Both the position numbers and the translations under genes were made by a program. Shown in pieces: positions 1-12,800 of a stretch of 32,000 bases of DNA; position 1 is the first letter of the stretch; each line of letters begins with the position of its first letter. This DNA is from an uncultured bacterium (GTDB lineage Bacteria; GCA-001730085). The DNA is taken from contig CAZMGY010000018.1 of assembly GCA_964565945.1 (NCBI GenBank), forward strand, positions 39,297 to 71,296, read 5' to 3'. The notes under the pieces were generated by a model. That model saw only the letters and a program-made list of their open reading frames with translations. It searched no databases and had not been told where the DNA came from.

Positions 1-890
1 TGAATCCGCGCACCCAGTTGTAAAAACCTGTTTTGAAAGCTTCCAACATATGAGACAATCCAAATTTTTTCTCACGCTGAGTTAACTTGCCTTGATGAGA
101 GCGCATAATAACATCGTAAAGCTTGGAATTTATATCCCCTTCGACAGCCACCTGATTTTGTTTTAAAACACGTAAACGACGCAAAACTTCTTTGCTCATA
201 TCACTGGCATTGATGGTATTTTTACCTGATATTCTCTTGGCGCCATCCAATGTAAGAACACGGTCAAAATCTTCTTTGCGATATTGGGTGGTGACCAATG
301 CATGCTCGACAGCTTTACCCATAGAATCATAGATGTAATCGTTGAATTCCTCTAGGGCCGTACGGTTTCCGTACATATCAAATTTTGAATTAAGCTTATG
401 AGTCACTTGTTCAAAAAGATTGTATTTAAAATCAAATTCCGAAGACGCCTCAACCAAGAATTTACCAGTCAATTCTCGTCCTTCCAAATCAAGCATCGCA
501 GTCCCATCTTCATAGGCGCGTACACGGTAATTATAGATATATTGTTCACGACCTTTGAGACGGCCTGTTAGTTCATCATAGATGTTAGCACTCTCCTCTT
601 CTTTGGTTAAACCTTGAATCGTATATCGTTTTTGCGCAACATCATAAAGAAAATTGGTTCCTGTTTGTGTCATTTTGTTGGACTGGCGTCCATCGGTATA
701 ATAGGTGTAATGCGTAGCTAAGGCACGTCGAGTAGCCATATTATTCGTATCGGGATACTCCCATCGACGATCACTTAAAAGACGACCATCTTCACGATAC
801 ACACGGTCAAAAGTTGTGGTTTGTTTTTTCGATAAATAATCAATTTCGTGACTATGACTAAGGCGCAGGTTATCGTTGTATCCCATAATG
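1..890 (-). repeat. YD-type repeat block 5, continuing beyond the window edge.
   Basis: Translated motifs: RVYREDGRLLSDRRWEY, HYTYYTDGRQSN, NIYDELTGRLKGREQY, AYEDGTAMLDLEGRELTG, KFDMYGNRTALEEFNDYIYDSMGKAV. Confidence 0.6.
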
Positions 891-3800
891 CGCTTGGTAT
901 TCTCGCTTTGAGAAAAGCCATTTAAGAGAGCGTCCTGATCGATCACGAGCGTATCACCATCCAGTCTTTTAGGCAACTTACCATTGAGAAGATTTGTGCT
1001 ACGATTTTTTTGATATTCTTGTTTGGTAACATGAATCGGCATACCACGGTAATCGAATTTCTCAAAATGTTGCACAGATAACCTTGTATTTCCTTTTAAA
1101 TGAATGGCAGAAAAAAACCCTTCCATAGCGGCCACACGTTTATGAGAATTAGAAATCCTGGCATAATCTAAGCTGGCAATGTTAAGTTCGTAAGGACCAA
1201 TAATCGAAACGAGGGCTTGGAATTTGTTTGCAATTAGCACCAAAGCCGTATTGGCATTTTTAATAGCGTCTTCAGGCACGGTTAAGGCCTCTTCATTGAT
1301 CATTTTAGCTAAAACATTGGCTTCCTCCGTCGATAAAACGCCATTTTTGTTACGATCGGATAAGGCTAAACGAAATTCGGCTAACACATCGACCACTTGA
1401 GGTTGTTCTTTGACAATTCGTTGCATAATCTTAATTTTGTCGACATCAAGACTTTGTTGAACCGGAATACCAGTAGGATTGCTTGCCGACACAGGATTCA
1501 ATTTATTAATGATTAGCTCTAAAGTGATTTCGGGGCGAATGACAAAGCCTTGAGCAGCGCGATCTCTAAGGTTATAAATGTAATTACCAAACAAGCTATC
1601 CAAAAAGGCATTTTTGTCAGCGTTGCTCAAACCATCAAACGTCATCATCCATGCGCTAAAAGCCGCTTTCACACCCTGAACTTCAGGATAATCTTGACCA
1701 GTGAGAATACCACGAATATTTTGAAGATCTTGAGCTGTGGCATTATTAACTGCTTTAAGGGTTCTTTGCAGGTCTTTTAAACGAACAGCAAAGCGATCTA
1801 ACTGCCCTTGCTTAGGATTGGTGTAATCAGAGCTAATCAAAAAGTACTTCTCAAGGATTTTTCGTGCTTTCTGAACTTTCCAGGTAACCACTTGCATATC
1901 GTCATGAGAAGTTTTACCTAAATCTGTTCCTTGCGCTAAAAACTTTGTTTTATAAATATCTAAATAAGCACCCTCGTTCATAACCATTACGTATTCATTA
2001 ACTTTTCTTTTAAAGCGATAGTCTAGGCTGTTTTTGCTGTAACTCAATGTTTTCCATAGAGCATCTTCGACATCATCCGCAAAGTCGAGCTTGGCTTTAA
2101 ATTCTGCTTCAGTATCATCTAAAGCATCTGCACTCCAGGTGGTGTAGGGCAAATCCATATCATAAAAATCAATCAAACCAGCTGGAAGCAAGTGCTTAAG
2201 TGGACTTACACCCACAGGTAATTCATTAGAGCCACTGTTCAAATTAAGACGAATTTCTTTAACACTATTATCGTAAAAAAATTCTTTGACTGTGGTTTCT
2301 GTCAACGCGTAGTTGTTTTCTCCAAATCGATACTTGGATGTCGTTGCGGAGTCCCAAGTGACCTGACCATCATTGTCATATGTCCGTTGACTTTTGATTT
2401 GCGTTTCATCCTTGTAATACGCACCACCTTCTAAAGGCACATCCTTTAACTGACCCCATTTGTCATATTTTCTAGATAATGATGTCGACGAAGTAACAAG
2501 GCCGGTGTTGTCACCACCAGTTTGAGTTGCCTGGTCATAGTCTTCGTAATAAAAGGCATAGTAGAGCACCTTACCAGTTGTTCCTGTCACTTGACCCGCT
2601 TCGTTCTTAATAGCTTCTAGAAAAATACCATCCAATACGGTTCCATCTGCACGTTTGAGCCCAATGGTTTGATCTGGACGAATAAAATAACTGACTTGAC
2701 CATCCTTAATCATATATTTGCCAATCTGTGCTGGGGGTTCTATCTCTGTCTTTGCTAAAATAGAACCCCCAGCCACACTAAAAGCGTCATCTAAGTGCAA
2801 TACAATGGGATTGCTGGCTTCATCTTTAAGAGTCAATTGATCAACATCAAACCGATCTTCACGAACCTCTAGAACATTGGAACCAGTGTTATCATAACGG
2901 TAGTTACGCAAAATATTATGGACTTTATTTTTTTTAGCATAATCAGTTTTTTCAACCTTAATAAACTTCTTGCCATAAGAATTAGTTCCTTTTTCCATGC
3001 TAGCCAACAAATTACCATTGGCATCATAGGCCCTTTCTTGAATAACATAGTTCTTATAAAAAATATTCATTTGACTCGATGTGCGACTTAAACCTAGAGC
3101 ATTGCTATGCTCGGGATCACTTGAAAATTCTGGAATCGTAAAATCGAGCTTGTCTTTGTCGATAGCAAACCACATCACATTATCGGTGCGACTACCGTTA
3201 TCCACACGGTCTTCACGTTTTTTAATAAGGCGTCCATTTTGATCATATCCCATATTCCATGTATATTTGAGAGATACATTCCCTTTAGAATCAAAATTCT
3301 TGGTGTTTTCAGCAATTTTTTGTCCCAAACGGTTGTATTCGATACCTGAATAATGGGTTTGGCTAACCGCATCACCCTTATCAACAAAGTCATTGAAAGA
3401 CACTAGTCGACCATCGCGATCATAAAGCATATCGTTGCGAATTAGGGATTGCGCTACACCCCCTACTTTTTCTTCTTTTTCGATCGAAATATTTTGCCCT
3501 AGTGTGTTATAAATCATTTTTTTCACGAAAGTAGAAAAAGACTTCGCAGAGCTATTGTATCCATTCTCACGGTAACTGGTGATACGTCCCAATAAATCGT
3601 ACTGAGTATCTTTACGAATGGTTTCGATGCGAATATTAGGTGCCGAACTATCACTCACTAACTCAAAGTAACCAAGATTTTGTCCAGCTGTGTTGTAGTT
3701 AATATTTGATCGTGAACTATAAATGGTTTTATTGAGTGGATTATTAAACGAATCGCGACCTTGCTCATAATTGACTTCGTTATAGGCTGTGTTGCGTCCT

Positions 3801-6800
3801 GATGAATCATAAGTTAAAGCTTGCCATATACGTGTTTTGTTCAAATCGGGTGCATCTGTCGAGCGTGTGATCTCTTCGAAGGATTGTGTGCGTCCAGCGA
3901 CATCGTAGCGCATATTTTGGCGTTGTGTCACAGTTAGTTTTTCAAGCAACGAGGCATCTACTTTAAGGTATTTTTTGCTTGAGCGATCATAATCAAGATT
4001 TTGACGAATAATGTTAAAAATACTTCCTTTATAATGCGCAAACGTATCAGTTAAAGTCATTTTTGTAAAATTCGAAAGCTCCTCAAAAGCATTAAGAACT
4101 TTTCGTTCACCATTAATGTAGCCATTGTTTTCTAATTCGGTCCAAAGCATTGCTTTTTGTGCGACTGTCAAATCAAGCGCATCAAAAACGGATGCATCAA
4201 GTTTACCTTTAAATTCAGCGTTCAAATAGTTAAGATATTCGGTCACAACACTGCGTTGATTAGAAGAAATAGTTGCTTTTTGATGCTTGCTGATATCTTG
4301 ATAAACAAACTTAAGTCCGTCTTTATAAATAATACCTCCGTTAACAAGGTTTGTTAATTCTATTTTCGAGAATTTAAACAAATTGACCTCATATTGTTTA
4401 ATAATCACACTTTTTTGCTCAGAAACGTCCTGATAGGCCTCGACGCGTCCTAAAGCATCATAAGTCATGCCAGTTCTTAAGGTTAAAACATCTAAATCAG
4501 GCTTGTCGTCGCTGTTGGTACGCTCTCGATAGCCCGTTAGCTGTCCACCCCAGTTATAAATCATATCTGATCTTTGCACCAAAGTCCGTTGTTTAGGCGA
4601 CTGCGAATTATACTGTTCTTCGATATAGGAACTATTCTGACCCAGGGCATTGTAGACCATGTTGCTACGAATATGGGTTTCTTTGCTATCAAACTCTAGA
4701 CCAACACCTAGTTTATGGTTCACATCAACGTATCCCAAGGTTTTGCTTTCTTCGTTGTAAATGATATTGATTCGCGTATTCATTTCTAAGATATAAGCAT
4801 CATTGGCCACAAATTCAGGAACTTTTTGACCATAGGCATCACGAACAAAATCTCCTGAACTATGTGTTTTCTTGAAAAAGATATCTGGTCCAAGTTGAGA
4901 ATGCCAACGTCCATAAACAATTTTGCGTGTCTCTGGATCCGCTGAATCATAGTAATAAACTGGATAAGATAGAGAATCTGTTCTTGTTGCATTGATGCTT
5001 GCCATCGAACCATCAGCTAAGTAAAGCTGTGCACCCTTTTCATCCTTAAGGTTCAAAACTCCAAGAACTTCTTTCATAACAATATTATGATCAGTGTCTT
5101 TATACAATTTAAGACCATTAATTACTTCGACCGTCAAATCTCTAGGATCAAACTCTGCTTGTCCAGACTCGCTGAATTCACCGTTATAAGTGAATAAATC
5201 TACATCTGTGTCTAACAAATCGCCGTAAATAGCTTCTTTAAGCACATTGTTTTCGATGTAGTACAGATCCTCACTTTGATCATTCTTAAGAATCTGATCT
5301 TCACGATAATAATCAAAATAGTAAGGCTGATTGCGATCATATTGATCTTCGCTATAGGTTTTGAACTCTCCCGTTTGCAAAGGGTTACCATCGGCATCAA
5401 TATTGTAAGGATTGTTGTTGGTTTGATCTTGATACGAAGCCATCTGCCCCAATGAGTTATAGGTAACAAAACGTCTTTTTGTTTCTTTGTAGTTATTTAG
5501 CAATCCTTTAATTTGATCTTTTTTATATTGAAATTTTTGGAACAACAGAACGTTCTGAATGTTAGCTGCCGACAATCTGCTTCCGCTATCGTTGATGTAA
5601 AGATCCGACGCCATTAGCTTTTGACGTGTTAAAGGATCTGGAGAATCATAGATATGTTGAGAAAAAGATTGTGCAAAGCTTAATTTTTTTTGAACCGCAT
5701 ATAATCCTTTGAGAATCTCTCCATCTTTGCCATAAAGAGTCTGCGCTTTGCCAAAAACATCATAAAGTTTTTGAGCTGGATCCCACATGTAATAACCTTC
5801 TTCTTCGGTCATAACACGCTCAAATGAGGATGAAGATGCAATAGCATCCATAATGGCCTGCTTCATTTCTTCCACTGATTGATAAGTTCCGTTTGGGTAG
5901 CTGTCCAAAAGTAATTGATTAAGGTCATAAAATACGCCATCAACTTTGATACGGCCCATTTTGAAAATCACACCTTGGCTCACTTGTGTTGTTTTGAGCT
6001 TAATCCGATCTGTGATTTGGCCCAATTCATCTTCAATTTCAAGCACCTCACCCTTAATCAGTTTAGCTTTTTTCTCCGCCGTATAAGTATCCCAGTTGGC
6101 CGGAAGCTCATACAATTGTTCCACTTCATTCGTAAATTCACCCCCTTCGTGAATCAGATCATCATAGGCAATTTGTTGACCAAAACGGTTGTAACGTGTG
6201 TTAGTTCGCTCGGTTGTTGTTATCTGTTGAGTTTGATCGTTTTTAACAAACTGCACATAACCAAGAACATAGCCTTGTGAATCGTAAGTTGTACCCTTAC
6301 GAACAGTATGAGTGAGTTCGTTGATAGTCAAAGGCTTGCTCACTGTTTGTAGGTTTAAATTTTTACTAACACCGCCTCGCATAACTCTTAATGTTTTTTG
6401 CTCTAACAAAAGTTTTTTCTCATCTGGGGTTAAATCATCAAAGGAAAGAGAGCCATCTTCAGAAATGTTTTCGTAGTCATATAAGCTTTGCTGAACAGTA
6501 CCATCATCCGTTTTACGGTTGGTTTCGGTGTAAGAAACTTCTTGACCAAAACCGTTGTAACGAATCATTTGTTTTTCTTTACGCTGAATCGTTGCATCCA
6601 CTTTGTTGTTCGAAATCTCGGTGAAGCTCTCAATTTGACCAAAAGAGTTATAGCTAACATTTTCACGGCGTGTAAAATTCTTTTCTTGAATTTTTTTCTT
6701 AATCGACTTACGAATATAGCCCATATAAACACTGCTTGTTTCGATATATTTATCAATGAACTTAACAATAACACCATCATTGGCAGGTTCTGAAGGATCC

Positions 6801-9800
6801 TTTTTAATCAAAAAGTCTAATTCTGAACCTATCGAAGCTTCGACAGAACTCGAAGCTGAAGCTAAAGATTGCAAACGGCTAACGGTGTTTTGATAACGAG
6901 TGAATAATATATTCATTTCTTGATCACTAGCGAGTTCTCGACGTTTGTAGTTAGCTTCAATGCCTTTTAACTTTAGGTCTGGTTTTGCACCAAGCACTTC
7001 GGGAGAATCCACGGCTCCAATCCAATCGGTATGATGTTGGTTGATCGACTGAGCAAGTGTTCGAATATTATCGTTCAATTGCATTGAATCTAGGGACAGA
7101 TTCATCACGGACAATTCCTTGGCAAAATAATCTGCAATAGAATCCGAGCTAAGCTCCAAAATGGCTTTAGATTTTGTCAAACATTCTGTGATATCACCAT
7201 CAACCTTGCTAGACGACTCAGTGAGCAAACGGTTACGCTGTTGGTAAATCGAATCTGAACTCGGTTTATTCGATTCTGTGTAAGGCTCATAATTATTCGT
7301 TTCATCATCGTCAGTCATGATGTACAGCTTAACAAAGTTATTGTGTGCGGTTGGCAACATGTCGGTGTAATCATCATTAACATAATTATGAACCTCCTTT
7401 TTAATATTATTGGTAACATTTGTTTTAATAGCTTCGACAGCTGCACGAATCTTCATAGATGCAATGTATCTTTCCTGATCATTAGAAGCGCTTTGATGCG
7501 CATTCAAAAGACTTCTCCAATTATAAGTACCTGTCGATGCCCCAATGCTCAAGGTTCCATGATTTAAGGTCAGCACTGCTAATTGCGCATTGGTTAATGA
7601 AGTTAAATCAGCAATACTCACATGATCTAATTGATTAACAAGGGTTAAGCGATTAGCAGCCGTTGGTGATGCCAAATAGGCATTCACGCTGGCATTGAAC
7701 TGCCCGCGGGTCACATTTTGATTTTGATCAATCGCATTAAGACCACTTTCGATAAGACCACTTCTGATACGTTGAGATTCTTCGGAATAAATGGCATTGA
7801 ACAAGGATGTATCATCATAATTCTTGTTAGTATAAGTGCGATCGCCATTAAATCGTGACCAACCCGCCTTATCGATAATATTATTAAATGCGAATGTTCC
7901 TGCCCCTGCATCATCGTACTGTCTAAGACCAAAAAAGTCTCCACGTGTTTCCCAATAATCATAGGCATCTGAAAAATACTGATCGTTAACATGCGTCCTA
8001 ATTCCGTTAACAATAGAACCCTGCCCCATTGAACCAAGAGTGTTGTTGGAGAGTGTATTATCAAAGGCAGTTTCGTAGTAAGTGCGATAGTCGGCCAAAT
8101 CTACATTTCCCCGATTAATACGATCCTGAGCAGCATTACGAGCCCTGCTTATAAGGTCATAACGTTGAAGTTCCTCAGAGATAAAATTATTCACAATGGC
8201 AATGTTGGAAAAATTGTCCGCCACTTGAGTTGCTCCATAAGCTGATGCATGCTCCACTTGCTCAATAAAAGTATGAATATCATTGGCTTCAGGAGCAGCG
8301 CTCGTGTAATTGTAAAGGTTTTCTGTTACTCCAGCCTTTGTACTTGCACGTGATGCAGAAATATCCCCTTGAGGAGCAGGTGTAACAACCCGATCGGTGA
8401 TCAAAGATCCCATAAGGGCTTCGAGGCTTTGATCTCTTGCTTGACCATCAGCTAAGTAGGAATCATTGGTTTTTACATTCATTTGATTTGTGATGAACTG
8501 ATTCGTAACATCCCGAATGGCCGTAAATTTAGCACGCGCATTATTACGATTCGCAATCGCTGTATCCGCAGCTATTTTTTGTGATCCAACAAGTGCTTCA
8601 TCGGCAGAAACACCTTTAACGGCCATTTCTTTCAGAAGACTCATATTGGCTTTGATCGATTCTATGATCAAACCAGCAAAATCACGTATTTGATTGGCCG
8701 CTGCACGTCGAGATTGTTGCAAAGTGGTCGAACCTGAGTTATTGTCCATAATCGTTTGCGCAGCATCGTAAAGTCCTTTGTAGTCCACATAAGCATCGTT
8801 TTCTTCTTTGATTTTAAGAGCATTAATAATTCTTTGTTTCGATACACTGGCAATCGCTCGAGAAATATGAAAACCAGGTTTTGTTTGAAATGATGCAGGT
8901 CGATTTCCATAAGGTGAAAAGGCAGGTACTTGAAAATCAGCAGGATTGGGTGTAGCGTAGTTGGGATCATAGATATCAAGAATGCTATCGGCTTGATTTG
9001 CAAAATGAGTCGCAAATCCAGTTGCGTTTAAAACTCGTAAACGAGCAAGCTGAGTATCAATCACATCTTTCAAAGCTTTATCAGCATCTCCCGCATCCGC
9101 ATTGTAATTATTCTGAATCAAAGGCTTGTAAGCAGGAATGGCTTTATCAATATTGTTAATGATCCAATCACTATGACCATTCATTGATTCTGTCACATCC
9201 ATGATGCCAGAGGTATGAAGTAAGACCTTCTTGCGAAATGCAGTTTGAATATCATCATAAGAATCGTTTTGCTCATCAAATGCCAGGATCATTAAAACGG
9301 CATTTTTTTTCTGAATATCATCAGCAGTAACAGCATCTTGATACATTTGACGCAAATTATAGGTTTGTGTATCTGATGCAAGTTTTTCTTGAAAAATAAA
9401 ATGGGTTGGTAAATCAGACAGATTCGGACTTGTCGATGGATCGGCATCTTCGATGCTCACCATCGTGGCAGAACGGTCTAAATCCACAAGTGTAAGATTA
9501 TTCACTAAATTGCTTAAAAAAGATTTGTACTCGCCATCGGGAAGATCTGTGTAATTAACGTGTGCCCTTGTAAGATTGAAGTTATCCCTGTCAGGATCTT
9601 CCCCATCCAAGTAAGCTCGTAAGAAGAGTTTCGCATGATTGATTAAATTAGAGGCATTCATATGAATATCTTGAACCCAAACCTCTTCCAAGTCAGTAAT
9701 ATTGTCATCGGGAATCCCAGAGCGAACCTCTTGTGAAATAATTTTGACAATGTCTTGCGCTTCTCGACGAACTAAGGCGGCTTGGACTTGTTTTTTGGCC

Positions 9801-12800
9801 TCACCATAGCTCAAATTTGGTACTGAATCATAGTCAATGGTTCCTTCGAAAGCTTGTGCTGCATTGTATTGATCGACCGCAAATCCACGTAAAAGTGTAT
9901 CGCGAATATTAAAATTTGGTGTGAAATAGTTGATTTGAATATTGTAATCATTAACGGGTAGTCCTCCATCAATAAATGCATTAAACTCTGTATTTCCTAC
10001 GCTTTCATAGGCACGCGTTTGATAGTTGACTGTTTCGAACAAGCTGTCATTGAACAAGTTTGTCGTTCTCTCATAGCTTCGCGCATAATCACCTGCAACC
10101 AGTGTGTCTAGATCGGTAGGAAAAAGATTTTGATTGCTAGATCTCAACGTCGCAGTCACATTTTGTGTTGGATCGTTAAAGACCCTAATAGCCGCATCTT
10201 TGAAAGATTGTAAAAACACATTGGTTGCAGCCATCGCGTCAGCCTTAACCCCAGCATCCATGCCTTCGAACATATTGAAAACATCATGCAAATTAGCTCC
10301 TGCAGCAATTCGGTTGAAGGAGTGATCGCGCAATCTATCTGTTTGGGTGCGAATAGCGCTCATTTGCTCCACTTGAGAATCCATGTTGGCATGCATATCA
10401 GCATATTTTTTAAAAAAAGTGGCAATCATTTGTTCATAGTAACCAGCCAACACCTCCATGCGTTTAATGCCATACGAATACACATCATGCTTAATACGAT
10501 AGGCAACATAATCCGCTGTCGGAGGAGAAGCACTCACTGCAGACAAAGCAGATAAAGCCGCTGTCATTTCTGTGGACGCATTTTGAAGAGTTGTGTTCGT
10601 TGCGTTGGTTTTATCGTAATCATTAGCATTCAATGTTGCAAACACATCTGGTGTAAAATATTCATAAACAGCGTTAGATGGAGTGGATAAATCTAGGTTT
10701 TTAACTTTTTTAATGGTCGGATTAGCCCATTTTTGCAATTGAATGATCAACGCTGTGTTTTGAGAACGCGCAGAAAATGTTACACCAGCCGCCTTATTAC
10801 GCAATAAATCCATCTCTTCGTCTAACAAACGATCAATATCTGCAAAAAGACTCCCCATAGGCTCAAGCAGTTCGTACTTCATCATTTGCACCTTATGCTC
10901 TTCGACCAAACGGCTTAAACCTGTTTGCTGATTGATAATGTCTTGAATTTGATCATTACTGATTTGATTAATCCGGCTTATGTATTGATTATTTTCGCTT
11001 TGAACTGTGTGTAACGCATCGATATGTTGCTGCAATTCATATTGACGCTCAGCATAACGGTTTCTTTTGGTTTTTTCAGCATGATACTTACTCATAATGA
11101 TTTGTAAGTTTTCACGCATATTATTAGATAAAGATGCCGAAATGGTGCGTTCAAAATGAAAGGCTTTATAGTAATGGATACCCTTAACTTCCTCCGTCGC
11201 AGTGACCATATCGCAGATGACTTTGGATCCCTGAAGCAATTTGTATTTTTGGACAGCCGAAAAGGAATCTATCAAACCACCTACTCGCCAAAAATTATTC
11301 CATTCGGCTTGCGTCATCGACGTTGGCACCTCAAATTGAGCCTTCCAATCATTGCGCAAACCAATAAATGTCTGCGAATCCGTCAATTGACCATGTTCCG
11401 CGAGACCAAAATATTCTTCCCAACGCTCTCTTTCTCCACTGTTAGCTGAGTCTTTATCGGGCAATAAAAAGGTATTGAGAGACACTTCTGATTTAGGTGC
11501 CAGCTGAAAGCTGCCTTGGACTGGAATTTGAACACGTGCAGCTCGGTCTCTTAATTCGGGTAAAGCAACACTGTGTGTTTGATCCCATAGATTAAGGATT
11601 TTGGTTTTGTCACTAACCGAATAGGCAAACTCTAGCAACTTAGATGCCAAAATGGTTCGTGTGGCTATATTCCACACAATATGGGTATCCTTATTCGGAT
11701 CAATTTTGATTAGGTTGTGGACAATCATTTGCTCGATCGTTGCATTCGATAACAAATACGCGCTGCCTAACTCTATACGTGTCATTTCACGAGCTGATTT
11801 TCCAAGAAGGATCAATTGTTCCTCGGATGTTAACGTATTGTAACCAAACGAAGGACTTAACCAAAAAGCCCTCCACTTGCTTTGATAACTAACCTCTTCT
11901 CCGTCTTCATGCACAACAAATTCGGCTTCAGTATCCCATCCTTCGGGAGCCTCAAATAAGCCTTCGAGTTCGTTACCAAACAGTTTTTCAGTGATTTCAA
12001 TCTTGGAAACAATTGCATTGATACGGTCGTTGATAAGAACTTTTTCTTCGAAGAGTTCGGCAATTCGCTCATCATCAACAGGCGATTCTAAGGTATTAAG
12101 CGTTAGATTGAGATTGGCCAAGGCACGACGTTCACTGGCTAGGTTTTCTTCCAAGCTCTTCTTATAGTTATTAATAACATTTTTCATAAGAGAGTTGGAA
12201 GGAATCGCAGATTTGTCAGGATTTTCTTCATTCTTGGCCTGAACGATGTTGTAAATCACTTCGCGCATCACATTGCGTGTTTCTTCGCTTAATTCACCCG
12301 ATTCTTCCAATAATTCGGAAATAATACGATACTCAGAACCCGAAGGAATCTCGATTTTCGTTTTTGTGATTACTTTTTCCTTTTGGTTATTCTTAAGTAC
12401 CGCAAAAATAACTGCTTTTTGATCAGCTCTTTCATCAAGGGTAAATTCAACGGCTTCTTTCATTTGCAAAAATTTAGTTAACAATAAACCCTGAGCTAAC
12501 AAATAACCTTTGGCCTCCAATTCATCCCAAAGCTGTTGTGAATTAAGTCCTAAAGCATCTAAGTCATTCAAACCAATCACATCATTTTTTTTATTTTTCA
12601 AAAAGTTATAAATTTCTTCAGTATGCTCCGAGAAAGGTGCTTTAAGGTTAAGATCTTGATGGCGCAACAAACGGTTCATTTTATCGGTGTAAACCCCAAC
12701 ATTTTTGATGTAATTTTTTGCCACTAAATCAGCCCACATGGCTTTTTTCTCAGCATTTGTCCCCGTAACGGTCGAAAAGTCCTCCATCGAGATCAAGCCC

